From positions 3,046 to 67,045 of the forward strand of contig JBDIVQ010000003.1 in the NCBI GenBank assembly GCA_039794345.1: 64,000 nt of DNA. The letters are read 5' to 3'. This stretch comes from Phycisphaerae bacterium (lineage in GTDB: Bacteria; Planctomycetota; Phycisphaerae; Phycisphaerales; UBA5793). A model generated the notes under the pieces. The model did no database searches and was not told where the DNA came from. It was given only the letters and a program-made list of their open reading frames with translations. The translations under genes and the position numbers were made by a program. Positions 46,032-55,751 of this stretch are shown piece by piece (the stretch's first letter is position 1; each line of letters starts with the position of its first letter).

Positions 46032-46892
46032 ATGGCCCGTCGTTCACAGCACCAGTCTACGGCAATCGACGATCTCTTCGCTCTCCTCAGCAATTCGCCG
46101 ATTTGGGCCGGGCCGATCGTGGCGGCATTCGTCTACGCGATGAGCCGCTGGGTGGTCCCGTGGCTCTTTCGGGTCATGCTGAGTGGGAACAAGTTCGGCG
46201 AGGGGATGAGCCAGCCGTTCATCATCTTCGCTGAGCGTGTCGCTCCGTACTTGGCGGCGGGTGTGCTGATCATCTGGGTGGTGGCGGAAGTCAAGAAGCG
46301 GATCGACCGGCGGCGCTTCGACCATGTGTCGGGATCGGCGAGCATCAATGAACTGCACTGGCGCGAGTTCGAGTCGCTTCTGTCCGAAGCGTTCCGGCGC
46401 CAGGGATTCGCAATTGAGCATACGGGCAGAGATGGTCCTGACGGAGGCATCGACATCCGCCTGGACAAGGCTGGCTCCGTGACGCTCGTGCAGTGCAAGC
46501 ACTGGAAGCGGCAGCAGGTCGGAGTACAGATCGTCCGCGAGTTGCTCGGCGTGGTGACCAGCGAGGGAGCTCAGTCCGGAATCGTCGTCACCTCCGGCCA
46601 GTTCTCGCATGCGGCAATCGAGTTCGCGGAGAAGAATCCCATCCGCTTGATCGACGGCCGCGAACTCGTTCAGATGGTCAGCGAGGTGCAGACATCGGGG
46701 CGCATCGAGGAACAGAGAGCCAATGATGCCGGTCCGGTCGCACTGGCGGCACATGCATCCGCGCCGACGTGCCCACAGTGCGGCGCCGTACTGGTTCAGA
46801 GAACCGCGAAGCGTGGCGCTCGGGCAGGCTCGAACTTCCTTGGCTGCTCGCAGTTCCCCAAGTGCAACTACACGCGCGACATGGTGACGTGA
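46032..46892 (+). CDS. membrane-anchored Mrr-like restriction endonuclease with C-terminal topoisomerase-type zinc finger
   Basis: Two N-terminal TM helices. WREFESLL..GPDGGIDIRL..VTLVQCKHW (D..QxK). CPQCG...LGCSQFPKCNY. Confidence 0.75.
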   Translation: MARRSQHQSTAIDDLFALLSNSPIWAGPIVAAFVYAMSRWVVPWLFRVMLSGNKFGEGMSQPFIIFAERVAPYLAAGVLIIWVVAEVKKRIDRRRFDHVSGSASINELHWREFESLLSEAFRRQGFAIEHTGRDGPDGGIDIRLDKAGSVTLVQCKHWKRQQVGVQIVRELLGVVTSEGAQSGIVVTSGQFSHAAIEFAEKNPIRLIDGRELVQMVSEVQTSGRIEEQRANDAGPVALAAHASAPTCPQCGAVLVQRTAKRGARAGSNFLGCSQFPKCNYTRDMVT

Positions 46893-46968
46893 CGGCTGCA
46901 TTCTGGTCACCTGCGATCGAGTCAGCAGCGGCTCATCGTCCGCATCCAAAAGTCAAGATGATCCGCGA

Positions 46969-47715
46969 TCACGGCTGCGGCCAGTTGACCAGAATTCTCG
47001 CAGCCTGAACTCGCGGCCCATTTGGCAATGTGAAGGACTTTTCGATGACTCGCAGGCTCTCGATCAGCGCTGCCGTGGGGATTAGCGGTTCCCCTTCGAT
47101 CTGGACGCCATCGTACTTGCCACGAGGATCTTCGTCGGTCATCAGCCACGTGATGCCGAAGAAGCGGAGAAGGACCACAAAGTATCCCGAGTTGCTCGTC
47201 CCAGAGGCGAAGTGGAAGTTGTCTCGCTCATGCCCGGGTTTGTCCCCAACCTGGTTCGCCCCGAAGAGGAACACCGGTTTATCGGTCGGAAGGCCAAAGG
47301 CGCATTGCACCAGGTGGATGGGGAGGGGCTTGCCGTCCATCGTGAAGAGATTGCAGGCAGTCTTCGCCGCCCACCGTTTGATTAGCGGGCCCTCGATGCT
47401 GGACGTCAGCCAAGGATGATGAAGTGGCGAGGCGCCAGGCGGGATCTCGTAGTTGAGTATATCGATCAGCGCAGCTCTGAGTTTGCCAGCCTCGTGATCT
47501 GCCGGCGACATTCCGCTGTTATGTGACTCACAGAGGATGTTGGCGACCGCTCCGCCGATCGGAATCTCGACGAAGTCCTGGCGGCAGAATGAGAGCCCCT
47601 TGATGTGCAGACTTCGACCGGTCAACGTCGATTTGCTGACGTAGTGCTCCCCAGTAATCCGTCCTCCACACCCGCCAAGCGGATGCGCCCAGCACTTTGG
47701 ATTCTTGCAGTTCAT
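46969..47715 (-). CDS. hypothetical Cys/His-rich protein (possible HNH-like fold)
   Basis: CKNPKC..GEHYVSKS...NILCESHNS near the N-terminus. Divergent from the GmrSD-like gene. Confidence 0.45.
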   Translation of the reverse strand: MNCKNPKCWAHPLGGCGGRITGEHYVSKSTLTGRSLHIKGLSFCRQDFVEIPIGGAVANILCESHNSGMSPADHEAGKLRAALIDILNYEIPPGASPLHHPWLTSSIEGPLIKRWAAKTACNLFTMDGKPLPIHLVQCAFGLPTDKPVFLFGANQVGDKPGHERDNFHFASGTSNSGYFVVLLRFFGITWLMTDEDPRGKYDGVQIEGEPLIPTAALIESLRVIEKSFTLPNGPRVQAARILVNWPQP

Positions 47716-47955
47716 TCAATGCCTCGATAGGCAACCTGATCGACCATGTACCTCGCCAAATGTCCTGGGCCGCGTGAGTGTACTTACGATGGGGCGCTTC
47801 TCACTGTTCGGGGCTGGCAGTGCGAATCCACCACAGGGTGAACCTGCCGATGCACACCTGCCATACTGCAGGAAGGCAAGTACGCCACGACCACGGTGAC
47901 CGACCACCACCTCCCCCATAGACTTCGTTCCCCCCCCGTCGTCGAGGCCAGCCGC

Positions 47956-49644
47956 ATGAGGTTCGAAACGACAACGCGTTCGCTTCGAGAGGTAGTCCGG
48001 GACTTCCACACCGGAGCGATTCTGCTGCCCCAGTTCCAACGTGACTACGTTTGGAAGCCGATCAGGATCCGAAACCTGCTTGACTCACTGCTGCGAGGCT
48101 TTCCCATCGGCGGCTTCTACTTGTGGAGACCGCAGAGCGGGGCAATTGACCCAAAGCCAAAGGGAGTGGGTGAGCAGCACATTGAGGCGGTGTTTGTCGG
48201 ATACCTGATTGACGGCCAGCAACGCCTCACCAGCCTTGAGGCGGCGTACGACCTTTTCACCGCCGATGACAAGTACGGCGCCGAGTTGCGGTGCTTCTTG
48301 GATCTGGCCGCGGCCGACGGAGCTCGCAGGCGGGACACGCGGCTCTTCGTCACCTACGCGGGTCATCGATCGGTTGCAAGGCGAGTCGAGGCGGGAGACT
48401 CAACGCTCATATCCGTCTCGCAACTCTTCGATGGGTTGGACCACGACTTGCGCAAGGAAACAGAGAGCGCTCTGAGAACGATGGTGGGGTGGAGCGCAAA
48501 GCGCACCGAAGGGGCGCTCGCTCGCTTTGATCACGCCTGCAGGATGCTCGATCAGATGGTCCCTTGCACCACCATCAGCGAGGTTTCTGACGCGGAAGCC
48601 GTCGAAGTCTTCGCCCGGTTGAACAAGGGTGGTAGCGCTCTGCGGCAGGGAGATGTACGAGCTGCTGAACTGGCGCGAGGCCGAGCGGTCGATGTCCTCA
48701 AGCGAATGCGCGAGTATGTGTCGGAAGAGCGACCCAAGCGGTTGGGATTTGGGTTCTCCTTCGCATTCCGATCGCTGGTGGTTTTCCATCGCCAGACAGC
48801 TCAGTTCAGTTCGCTCAAGCCCGACTGGATGGATGCACCGGGTCCTCATGGCCGGACCCTAGCCCAATCCTGGGCGAAGACTGAACGTGCCATCGCGGCC
48901 GCGTTGGCGTTCGTTGATGAGGACATGGGCTGGTCTCGTCGGGCGCTGCTGCCGTCCAACAACGCCGTCATCGCGCTGGCGGTGGCGATGGACAAGTCCG
49001 ATGCGAAGATCAGCGAGGAGTCCAAGCAGCTCTACAGACGGTGGCTCTGCCTTACGACCTTGCGGAATGTCTTCCAAGGCTCCGTGGAGACCACGCTCAA
49101 TCGACTCTGTCGTGCCGTCCGCGAATCAAAGCACGACGCCGCTCGTGCATTGGTGGAGTCGCTCAAGCGCGACGAAGGGCGACGGATCAGGCCGGAGGAG
49201 TTCAACCGTTACGCTCAACCTTGGGGGCCTGCGACGCAGGTCATGCACGCTTGGCTCGTAAGCAGAGCGGCAACGGATTGGCTGTCGGGCGACAGTTTGG
49301 ATGTCCTTGCCCGTTCGGGGAATTCGAGCCTTCCGGGAGGCGACCTGACGGTGCATCACATCTTCGCGCGGAAGGTGCTTGCGGACATGGGATTCGAGCC
49401 CGATGAGGCCAACAGCCCGGCGAACTTCGCCCTCCTGAGTCGCGCAACCAACAGCGAGTTCTGGGATAGGCCCGCGGATGAGGTGCATGCCACGCTTACA
49501 CCGGACCAGCGGCACGCTGCAGGTAGCCAGTTCTTCGGCGATGCTGCCGGTGATAGGCTGAGAATAGACCGATACGAGGAGTTTTGCCAGTGGCGGGCCG
49601 ATCGATTAGCCGAGTCTCTCAATGAGTGGATCGGCATGGACTGA
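47956..49644 (+). CDS. DUF262/DUF1524 (GmrSD-like) type IV restriction-type enzyme
   Basis: LPQFQRDYVW and IDGQQRLTSL (DUF262). C-terminal TVHHIFARK...NFALLSRATNSEF (His-Me finger). Confidence 0.8.
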   Translation: MRFETTTRSLREVVRDFHTGAILLPQFQRDYVWKPIRIRNLLDSLLRGFPIGGFYLWRPQSGAIDPKPKGVGEQHIEAVFVGYLIDGQQRLTSLEAAYDLFTADDKYGAELRCFLDLAAADGARRRDTRLFVTYAGHRSVARRVEAGDSTLISVSQLFDGLDHDLRKETESALRTMVGWSAKRTEGALARFDHACRMLDQMVPCTTISEVSDAEAVEVFARLNKGGSALRQGDVRAAELARGRAVDVLKRMREYVSEERPKRLGFGFSFAFRSLVVFHRQTAQFSSLKPDWMDAPGPHGRTLAQSWAKTERAIAAALAFVDEDMGWSRRALLPSNNAVIALAVAMDKSDAKISEESKQLYRRWLCLTTLRNVFQGSVETTLNRLCRAVRESKHDAARALVESLKRDEGRRIRPEEFNRYAQPWGPATQVMHAWLVSRAATDWLSGDSLDVLARSGNSSLPGGDLTVHHIFARKVLADMGFEPDEANSPANFALLSRATNSEFWDRPADEVHATLTPDQRHAAGSQFFGDAAGDRLRIDRYEEFCQWRADRLAESLNEWIGMD

Positions 49645-49990
49645 AGCGGGAGCCCGCACCGCGCTAACGGAAGGGCCCAATCGCTCGATGATGTGCGCCG
49701 GGAGTACCTGGCCGGCGGTGGGCGACCGTAACCAGCAACGGAGAGTTCACCACTGACTCATCCTCGGGTCTCGCCGCCTGCGCCACAGAGTGTTCAGTAG
49801 TCTTGCCGGGGGCGAACTGGTCGCCTGCCTTCATTCAACTTCCAGGGCATGAACTGCCGCAACAGCGACCAGTCGGCGTCGAGCGGCAGACCATCGCGTG
49901 CGTCAGGCAGTTCTCGGGTTGCGTGTATTGATCGAGAGTGATTAGCCATTTGGTGCAGCAGGGAATGGCCCGTAGAACAACTTGGAGAGG

Positions 49991-50995
49991 TCAACTAAGC
50001 GTCTTGATCAGGCGATCTACGGCAGTCCTGTACCGCTCAAGCGGTTCGTCATTCACCTGCGGGTTCTCGTCGTGGACTGGGTACTGTCCGGATTTGATGC
50101 TATAGAGCGGGAGGCCCAAGTGCGAACAGACGATTGCGACAGAGTGACTATCCGGCACGTCAAGGAAGTGCATCTTCGGATTCACGAACGCTGTCGGTTC
50201 TGCGGCCGCCAACTCATTTGTGCGCTCTTTTATCGACTCGAACATTGCGCGAAACGCTTTGCTCGCTTTGTTGCTGTATTGCGTCGAGCGATTCAGGAGG
50301 ACCGAGTGAATCTTCGGAAGCGGGAGTTCGTTGGCCTTCGCCTTGGCGGGGAAACTTGCCGGGCCGTAGTCCTTGCCCTTTGTGTGTCCATAGACCAGCG
50401 CGCCAACATTGTCGATCGCTCTGGCAGACGATCCATCGCTTGAGCAAGGGATAATCAGGCGATCGGCAGCAAGGATTGATAGTTCCGTGTATGCCGCAAA
50501 GGACGGATTGCAGTCAATAAAGACCGCGGTGTCCTTGCCCAACTTCGTAGTGCATGCTTCGATAATGTCCCACAGCCACAGGTGGACGTTGCGCCACGCT
50601 TCGACTGGAAGTGCTTGACCGCCGATCTGGTTGATGACCTGCGCTTGAATCTCAAGGCTTGGATCACCGGGGATCAGGAATAGTGTGCGGGGAAGGTTCT
50701 TGTTGATCGAATAACCTTGGACGAGGTACTCAGTCTCTCTTCCCGTGGGACCATGCGGCGAAGCAATGCGCGTGTCGAAGTAGCCGCCGATTGTCTTCCT
50801 CGCATTGATCAGACCTTCCAGCACCTTCGACCCATCGCCGTTCCCGCCGAGCACGATCTCGGAGAGATTTGCCTGTGGGCACATGTCCACCAGCACGACG
50901 GGCTTCTCTGTCCGATTCGCCCACTCGGTGCTGAGGATGAACGACAGGAAGGTCTTACCGACTCCGCCCTTGTTGTTCCAAACCGCATATCGCAT
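49991..50995 (-). CDS. ParA/MinD-family ATPase with C-terminal extension
   Basis: Deviant Walker A NNKGGVGKT, VLVDMCPQANL, VFIDCNP. Confidence 0.75.
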   Translation of the reverse strand: MRYAVWNNKGGVGKTFLSFILSTEWANRTEKPVVLVDMCPQANLSEIVLGGNGDGSKVLEGLINARKTIGGYFDTRIASPHGPTGRETEYLVQGYSINKNLPRTLFLIPGDPSLEIQAQVINQIGGQALPVEAWRNVHLWLWDIIEACTTKLGKDTAVFIDCNPSFAAYTELSILAADRLIIPCSSDGSSARAIDNVGALVYGHTKGKDYGPASFPAKAKANELPLPKIHSVLLNRSTQYSNKASKAFRAMFESIKERTNELAAAEPTAFVNPKMHFLDVPDSHSVAIVCSHLGLPLYSIKSGQYPVHDENPQVNDEPLERYRTAVDRLIKTLS

Positions 50996-51204
50996 GAGTA
51001 AGCCCTTGCCTCACGAAGGACGCCAAAGAGACGAGTCGCGCACCTTGTGGAACTCTAGCGCGCCCATTCCAATTCCGCTATGCCAAATGTGGACTCACCG
51101 CACCAACAGCCAGTTCAGAATACCTCAGTCGCTTGCCGACTACCAGCTGCATCGTAGCGTCGAATCGCTCCCACTCGGTCACATCCCTGGGGTATTGAAC
51201 AAGA

Positions 51205-52701
51205 ATGGTGCCTCAAGGGCAGCAGCATTTGGGCGCGCCGTATGATGGCGATGCGCCATTCTACGACTCCGCAAGCCCGCCACCCCCGGCCCCCCCCCGG
51301 CGCCTCCGCGACGACCGCCTCGATCCACCGGCAGGGTCAGTTGCCAGCGACGGGTTCGTAGTCACGGTGCCGCCTGGTCTGGCACCGCAAAGGTCGGCGC
51401 GGGCTCAACCAACCTTCGGCACCCGTCGCGGCGATGCCGTCGACGCGATACGATCGGTTATGGCCGTCCCCTACTGGCACCCCTGCGACGACTGCCTTGA
51501 CCCGCTGGCGAAAGCGCTTCGCGAGTTCGGCTGGAAGGGTGGGCGCGGTCTGGCCGAGAGGCTGACCGATACCGGCACACGCTGGTCCTTCGACATCGAG
51601 CGGTCTCCGCGTCGCGTACGAGCCACTCCAGGCATCGAGGTCTGCCGGAGGTGGTTGGAACAGCATATCTCAGTCGAGTACTCAAAGGTCTTCCATGAGC
51701 GGGTTGCGACGTTCTTCCAGAAGTTGCGGGCATGGGAGCAGGAGGCAGCCCGAGACCCAGGTCGCGATGAAGACGAACTGAGCAGGGAGACAGGTTTCTG
51801 CCAGCACCTTCGCGATGGATTTGACGACGTCAAGGCCGATGCGCTGGAACTCGCTGACTACCTGCAGCAGATGGCGGCAATGATCACAGCGGGGGAGGGA
51901 TGGATGGCGTCTGGCGCGACTCCCCGCAACTCTGTGCTATCGATCAGCGGCTCGGCGTCAAATGCCCCTTCAAGGGCCTGGAACCCCTGTGTTGACTGTC
52001 TGGACCCGCTCGCGGACGCGCTGCAACGGTTCCAGCGCTGCAAGGTGTGGGATTTGCCAGAGCGCCTTAAGCGCCCGATCACGCATTGGTCACACGAGAT
52101 TGGAGAGGCCGCCCCATGGTACGCCGGGCAGAGCGGAATCGAAGTGTGTCGCGGCTGGCTGGAGCTCAACATCTCCGTTGATTACGCCAAGGTCTTTGTT
52201 GATCGAATCCAGGCCTTCTTGCGGGGCCTGCGCGACTGGGAACGAGAGGCACGCTCGACCCCCTTGGAGTACGGCGACGACGCATTGAACGGCGAGGGTC
52301 GCTTCTGTCAGCGGCTTCGTGAACGCTTCGACGAGCTCTGCGGCGAGGCGATTAGGCTCGCGCTCTACCTGCGGCAGATGTCGGCGATGCTCAAGCCCAA
52401 GCTGCGCACCGGTCGATCGTCGGCCAACAACGCGCCGACGAATGGTCCTCCCGACGCCTCAAGTGTCCCGGCTGGTGGCGAAGGGAGCATGATCACCGTG
52501 AAGGAGGCGGCCATTCGATTGTTGCGCGCTGATGAGTCGATCACCAAACCCAAGCATGCGATGAGACTCGTGTCCGGTGCGGCGTCGGATGAGAAGATCA
52601 GATCGAATGGGTTGAGGGGGAAGGGCAAGCGCCTGCTCGTCGAGGAGAGTTTTGAATCGTGGTTGCTGCGCCGCCTGCAGCCTCAATCCGCGAAGCGGTG
52701 A
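51205..52701 (+). CDS. hypothetical protein with internal ~168-aa tandem duplication and C-terminal HTH-like tail
   Basis: W(H/N)PC.DCLDPLA.AL...GIEVCR.WLE..ISV.Y.KVF...FCQ.LR..FD occurs twice, with units starting about 51475 and 51979. Tail reads ITVKEAAIRLL...SFESWLL. Confidence 0.5.
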   Translation: MVPQGQQHLGAPYDGDAPFYDSASPPPPAPPRRLRDDRLDPPAGSVASDGFVVTVPPGLAPQRSARAQPTFGTRRGDAVDAIRSVMAVPYWHPCDDCLDPLAKALREFGWKGGRGLAERLTDTGTRWSFDIERSPRRVRATPGIEVCRRWLEQHISVEYSKVFHERVATFFQKLRAWEQEAARDPGRDEDELSRETGFCQHLRDGFDDVKADALELADYLQQMAAMITAGEGWMASGATPRNSVLSISGSASNAPSRAWNPCVDCLDPLADALQRFQRCKVWDLPERLKRPITHWSHEIGEAAPWYAGQSGIEVCRGWLELNISVDYAKVFVDRIQAFLRGLRDWEREARSTPLEYGDDALNGEGRFCQRLRERFDELCGEAIRLALYLRQMSAMLKPKLRTGRSSANNAPTNGPPDASSVPAGGEGSMITVKEAAIRLLRADESITKPKHAMRLVSGAASDEKIRSNGLRGKGKRLLVEESFESWLLRRLQPQSAKR

Positions 52702-52911
52702 CTGCCGTCGCGTAGACAAGCGGTGGTCGACGCTGTGCAAGCGGCGTGTCGATGAACCCCGCGCAGTAGGATGGAGTCGCGCGGTGCCGCGCGGTAGTGA
52801 CCGCGCTTGGCGGCGAAAACTCGCCAAAACCGCGCCAATCCTGGCAACGCTTGCAATCCGTAACCATTGGTCCTAGCGTCGTTTGCGAGATCGGGTTGCC
52901 TCTTGGAGGCG

Positions 52912-52959
52912 TTCCCAAGCTGAATGTCGAGGGTTCGAGTCCCTTTGCCCGCTTTGGAC
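52912..52959 (+). repeat. attR core (displaced 3' fragment of tRNA-Gly)
   Basis: 47/48 identity to 10441-10488. The upstream sequence cannot form the 5' half of a tRNA. Confidence 0.85.
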
Positions 52960-53122
52960 TCGTACTTTGAACCAGGCGGCGACGCCGGAGTTCGTGACTG
53001 CTGCTCCGTTGAAGCAGCAGGCTTTCTTTTCTGGAATCGCACAGCGGGTCCGCGACCTCCGGGCGCGTCAGGCTGGACTGCCCGGCCCGAGCGGCTGTTC
53101 TTCTGCACCAACCTCCCATCGT

Positions 53123-54730
53123 TCAGCGCCCCGCGCCGGGGCGCCCGAGACGGATGCGATACAGCCCCGTGCGGGCGGCGAGGTAGAGTGTCCGGCCGTC
53201 GGCGTCGCCCCAGGCGAAGTTCGCGGGCAGTTCCGGGCCGACGATCGTGCCGAGGTACCTGCCTTCGGCCGAGATGACCCACACGCCGCCGGGACCGGAG
53301 ACGAAGACGTTGCCGCGCTGATCGACCTTCACGCCGTCGAGCGCCTCTTCGCCCGGCGCGGCCGTCATGTCAAAGAAGACGCGGCCGTTGCGAACTGATC
53401 CATCCGCGCCAAGGTCGTAGCGCATGACGATCTTGCGCTGCTCATCCCAGTTGGCGACGTAGAGGTGCTTCTCGTCGGGAGAGAGGGCGATGCCGTTCGG
53501 GCCTTTGAGATCAGTGCTGACGAGACTGAGCCGACCCTCGCGCAGGCAGTAGACGCCGAAGTGCTCCTGCTCGCGCCGCGGATCGTCGTAGACGCGCGGC
53601 AGGCCGAAGGGCGGATCAGTAAAGAAGAGCGTGCCGTCGGATCGGTAGACGAGGTCGTTGGGGCTGTTGAGGCGCCGGCCGTTGTAGCGGTCGGCGAGGA
53701 CAGTGACCGAGCCGTCGGGTTCGAGGCGCGAGACGCGGCGGTTGCCGTGTTCGCAGATGGTCAGGCGACCCTCCGCATCGAGCGCGAGTCCATTGGAGCC
53801 GGGTTGGCGGTATTCAGCGACATCGGCCCCCGCGTACCCGCTGTTCTCGCGGAAGACGCTCACGCCGCCGCTCGGCGACCAGCGGTAGACGCGATTCGCA
53901 TTGGGATCGCTGAAGAGCAGTTCCCCGGATGGAAGCCAGACCGGGCCTTCGGTGAAGATGAAGCCCTCGGCGATCTTCTCGATCTGCGTGCCGGGCGCGA
54001 TGATCGCATCGAGCGCCGGGTCGTTGCGGATGATCGTCGTCTCCACGAAGCGCGGCGCGATCGCGTGCGGCTCGGCGTGGAAGGAGAGCGTCGCGCTGCG
54101 CATCCAGATGTAGTTGGGCGGGGGATCGGAGATCGGGCCGTTCATGCCGAAGATCGCCAGTTGAATGGTCTGACCCGGCCGGACGTTGCGCCCGACGACG
54201 AGCCGGTTGGGGACGTTGAATCCCGCCACCATCGAGCCGCCGGACTGCCCGAGTTCGCGGCTGAGCACGCCGTCAACCCAGACTTCGGCATAGTCATCAA
54301 CCGTCGTGTCGAGGACAATGGTGCAGCCGGTGGGATCGACGCCGTTGACCAGCGCCGGCACAGTGAAGCGCAGGCGGTACCAGTTGAAGCAGAGGCGCCC
54401 GCTGCCGCGCCGATCCTGGAGCGAGGTCGGGCTGATGACCTCCCACGATGAATCGTCGAAGTCGAGTCCGCCGGCGCGCGGCTCGATGTCATAGGTGCGA
54501 TTCGGCGGGCCGCTGGGCTTGCGATCGGGCCCGGCGGCGCGGAAGTCAACCTCGATGATGCGCGCATCGCGGTAGCGCCACTCCGCGCCGACCGCGGCGA
54601 GGCCATCGTGCGTCATCAGATCGACGGAGGCGAGGGGCGCGCCGGTCGGAAGAGAGTCGGCCGCAGCGGGCGCACCAGCGAGCGCGAGCGCGGCAAGCGC
54701 GAAGAGTGAGTTGATTCGATTCGTCTTCAT
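53123..54730 (-). CDS. secreted SMP-30/gluconolactonase/LRE-like protein with N-terminal galactose-binding-like domain
   Basis: Signal peptide MKTNRINSLFALAALALAGAPAAA. FTEGPVW, NGLALD, NSPNDLV, FFTDPPFG. Confidence 0.8.
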   Translation of the reverse strand: MKTNRINSLFALAALALAGAPAAADSLPTGAPLASVDLMTHDGLAAVGAEWRYRDARIIEVDFRAAGPDRKPSGPPNRTYDIEPRAGGLDFDDSSWEVISPTSLQDRRGSGRLCFNWYRLRFTVPALVNGVDPTGCTIVLDTTVDDYAEVWVDGVLSRELGQSGGSMVAGFNVPNRLVVGRNVRPGQTIQLAIFGMNGPISDPPPNYIWMRSATLSFHAEPHAIAPRFVETTIIRNDPALDAIIAPGTQIEKIAEGFIFTEGPVWLPSGELLFSDPNANRVYRWSPSGGVSVFRENSGYAGADVAEYRQPGSNGLALDAEGRLTICEHGNRRVSRLEPDGSVTVLADRYNGRRLNSPNDLVYRSDGTLFFTDPPFGLPRVYDDPRREQEHFGVYCLREGRLSLVSTDLKGPNGIALSPDEKHLYVANWDEQRKIVMRYDLGADGSVRNGRVFFDMTAAPGEEALDGVKVDQRGNVFVSGPGGVWVISAEGRYLGTIVGPELPANFAWGDADGRTLYLAARTGLYRIRLGRPGAGR

Positions 54731-54738
54731 GTGCAATC

Positions 54739-55632
54739 TCACTTGCGAAGGGGAACCTTGACGACGTAGTAGAGCATGGGGCCGCCGGGGGCGATCTCCT
54801 TGAACCAGTGCGGCGTGCCGGCGGGGACGACGAGGACATCGCCCCTGGCGAGGCGGTGCGTCTCGCCGCCGATGATGGAGTCGCCGCGCACTTCGTCCGG
54901 GCCGGTGGTGCGGCCGTTCTCGACACTTCCGCCCGTGACGAAGGTGGCGCCGCCTTCGAGAACGTAGATGATGTCCGCTTCGCCGCTGTGGACCTCGGCC
55001 TGGCCGGGCGCTTCGCGGCGGCTGGCGTGGACCTTGAACTGGTCATTCTCGATGAGCGGCACGCCGCGCGCGAATGCGGAGGCGACCTGCGGGCCGGGGA
55101 TTCGCATCACCTGCCCCGTCGAGAGCATCGACTCGCCTCCGGCGGCGCGGGAGGCGACGGCCTCGGCCGCGGCGATCGCGAGTTCATCATCGTGGTCGGC
55201 GCTTTTGGCGCCGCTCACGCCGACGGCGCCGACGACACGGCCGTCGATCACGATCGGCACGCCTCCCTTGAGGGGCGTGAAGTCGTCGAGGGCGATCATC
55301 GGCGTGCGGCCGCTGCGGATGATCTCCTCAAAGACGCGCGTGGGTTTCTGAAAGAGTGCGGCAGTGCGGGCCTTGCCGATCGAGATGTCGGCGCCCGCGG
55401 CAAAGGTGCCGTCGAGGCGGTCGAGGGCGATGAGGTTGCCGCCCTGATCGACGACGGCGATCGCCCCGCCCGCGCCGTCGGCGCGGGCCTTGGCCGCCGC
55501 GGCGTCGATGGCGATCCGCGCTCCCTCAAGCGTCAGGGAGGGTGCTTCGATGATCGTCTGTGCGGCGGCCGACGGCGTGAGCAGCGCGATGCCGAGCAGC
55601 GCGCCCATCGCCTGGTGTGCAAAGCCTTTCAT
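54739..55632 (-). CDS. GlcG/DUF336 (heme-binding-like) plus cupin fusion protein
   Basis: Signal peptide. AIAVVDQGGNLIAL.R.DG....ISIGKARTAA, GGVPI..DG.VVGAVGVSG. C-terminal cupin: DIIYVLEG...GDVLVVPAGTPHWF. Confidence 0.7.
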   Translation of the reverse strand: MKGFAHQAMGALLGIALLTPSAAAQTIIEAPSLTLEGARIAIDAAAAKARADGAGGAIAVVDQGGNLIALDRLDGTFAAGADISIGKARTAALFQKPTRVFEEIIRSGRTPMIALDDFTPLKGGVPIVIDGRVVGAVGVSGAKSADHDDELAIAAAEAVASRAAGGESMLSTGQVMRIPGPQVASAFARGVPLIENDQFKVHASRREAPGQAEVHSGEADIIYVLEGGATFVTGGSVENGRTTGPDEVRGDSIIGGETHRLARGDVLVVPAGTPHWFKEIAPGGPMLYYVVKVPLRK

Positions 55633-55751
55633 GGTGTGTCCTCTCGGAGTCGTGTCGTCTGGAAAGATGCAGCGCCGCTGCGAGTGGATACGCATCAGCC
55701 CGCAACGGCGCGCACCTGTGGCGTTTGAGATGAAGGAAGGGACAGGAGGAT

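Noticed and set aside
52861-52959. Second tRNA-Gly gene
   Set aside because: Only the 3' 42 nt of the tRNA are present. The upstream sequence cannot form the acceptor 5' strand or the D arm, so this is attR and not a gene.
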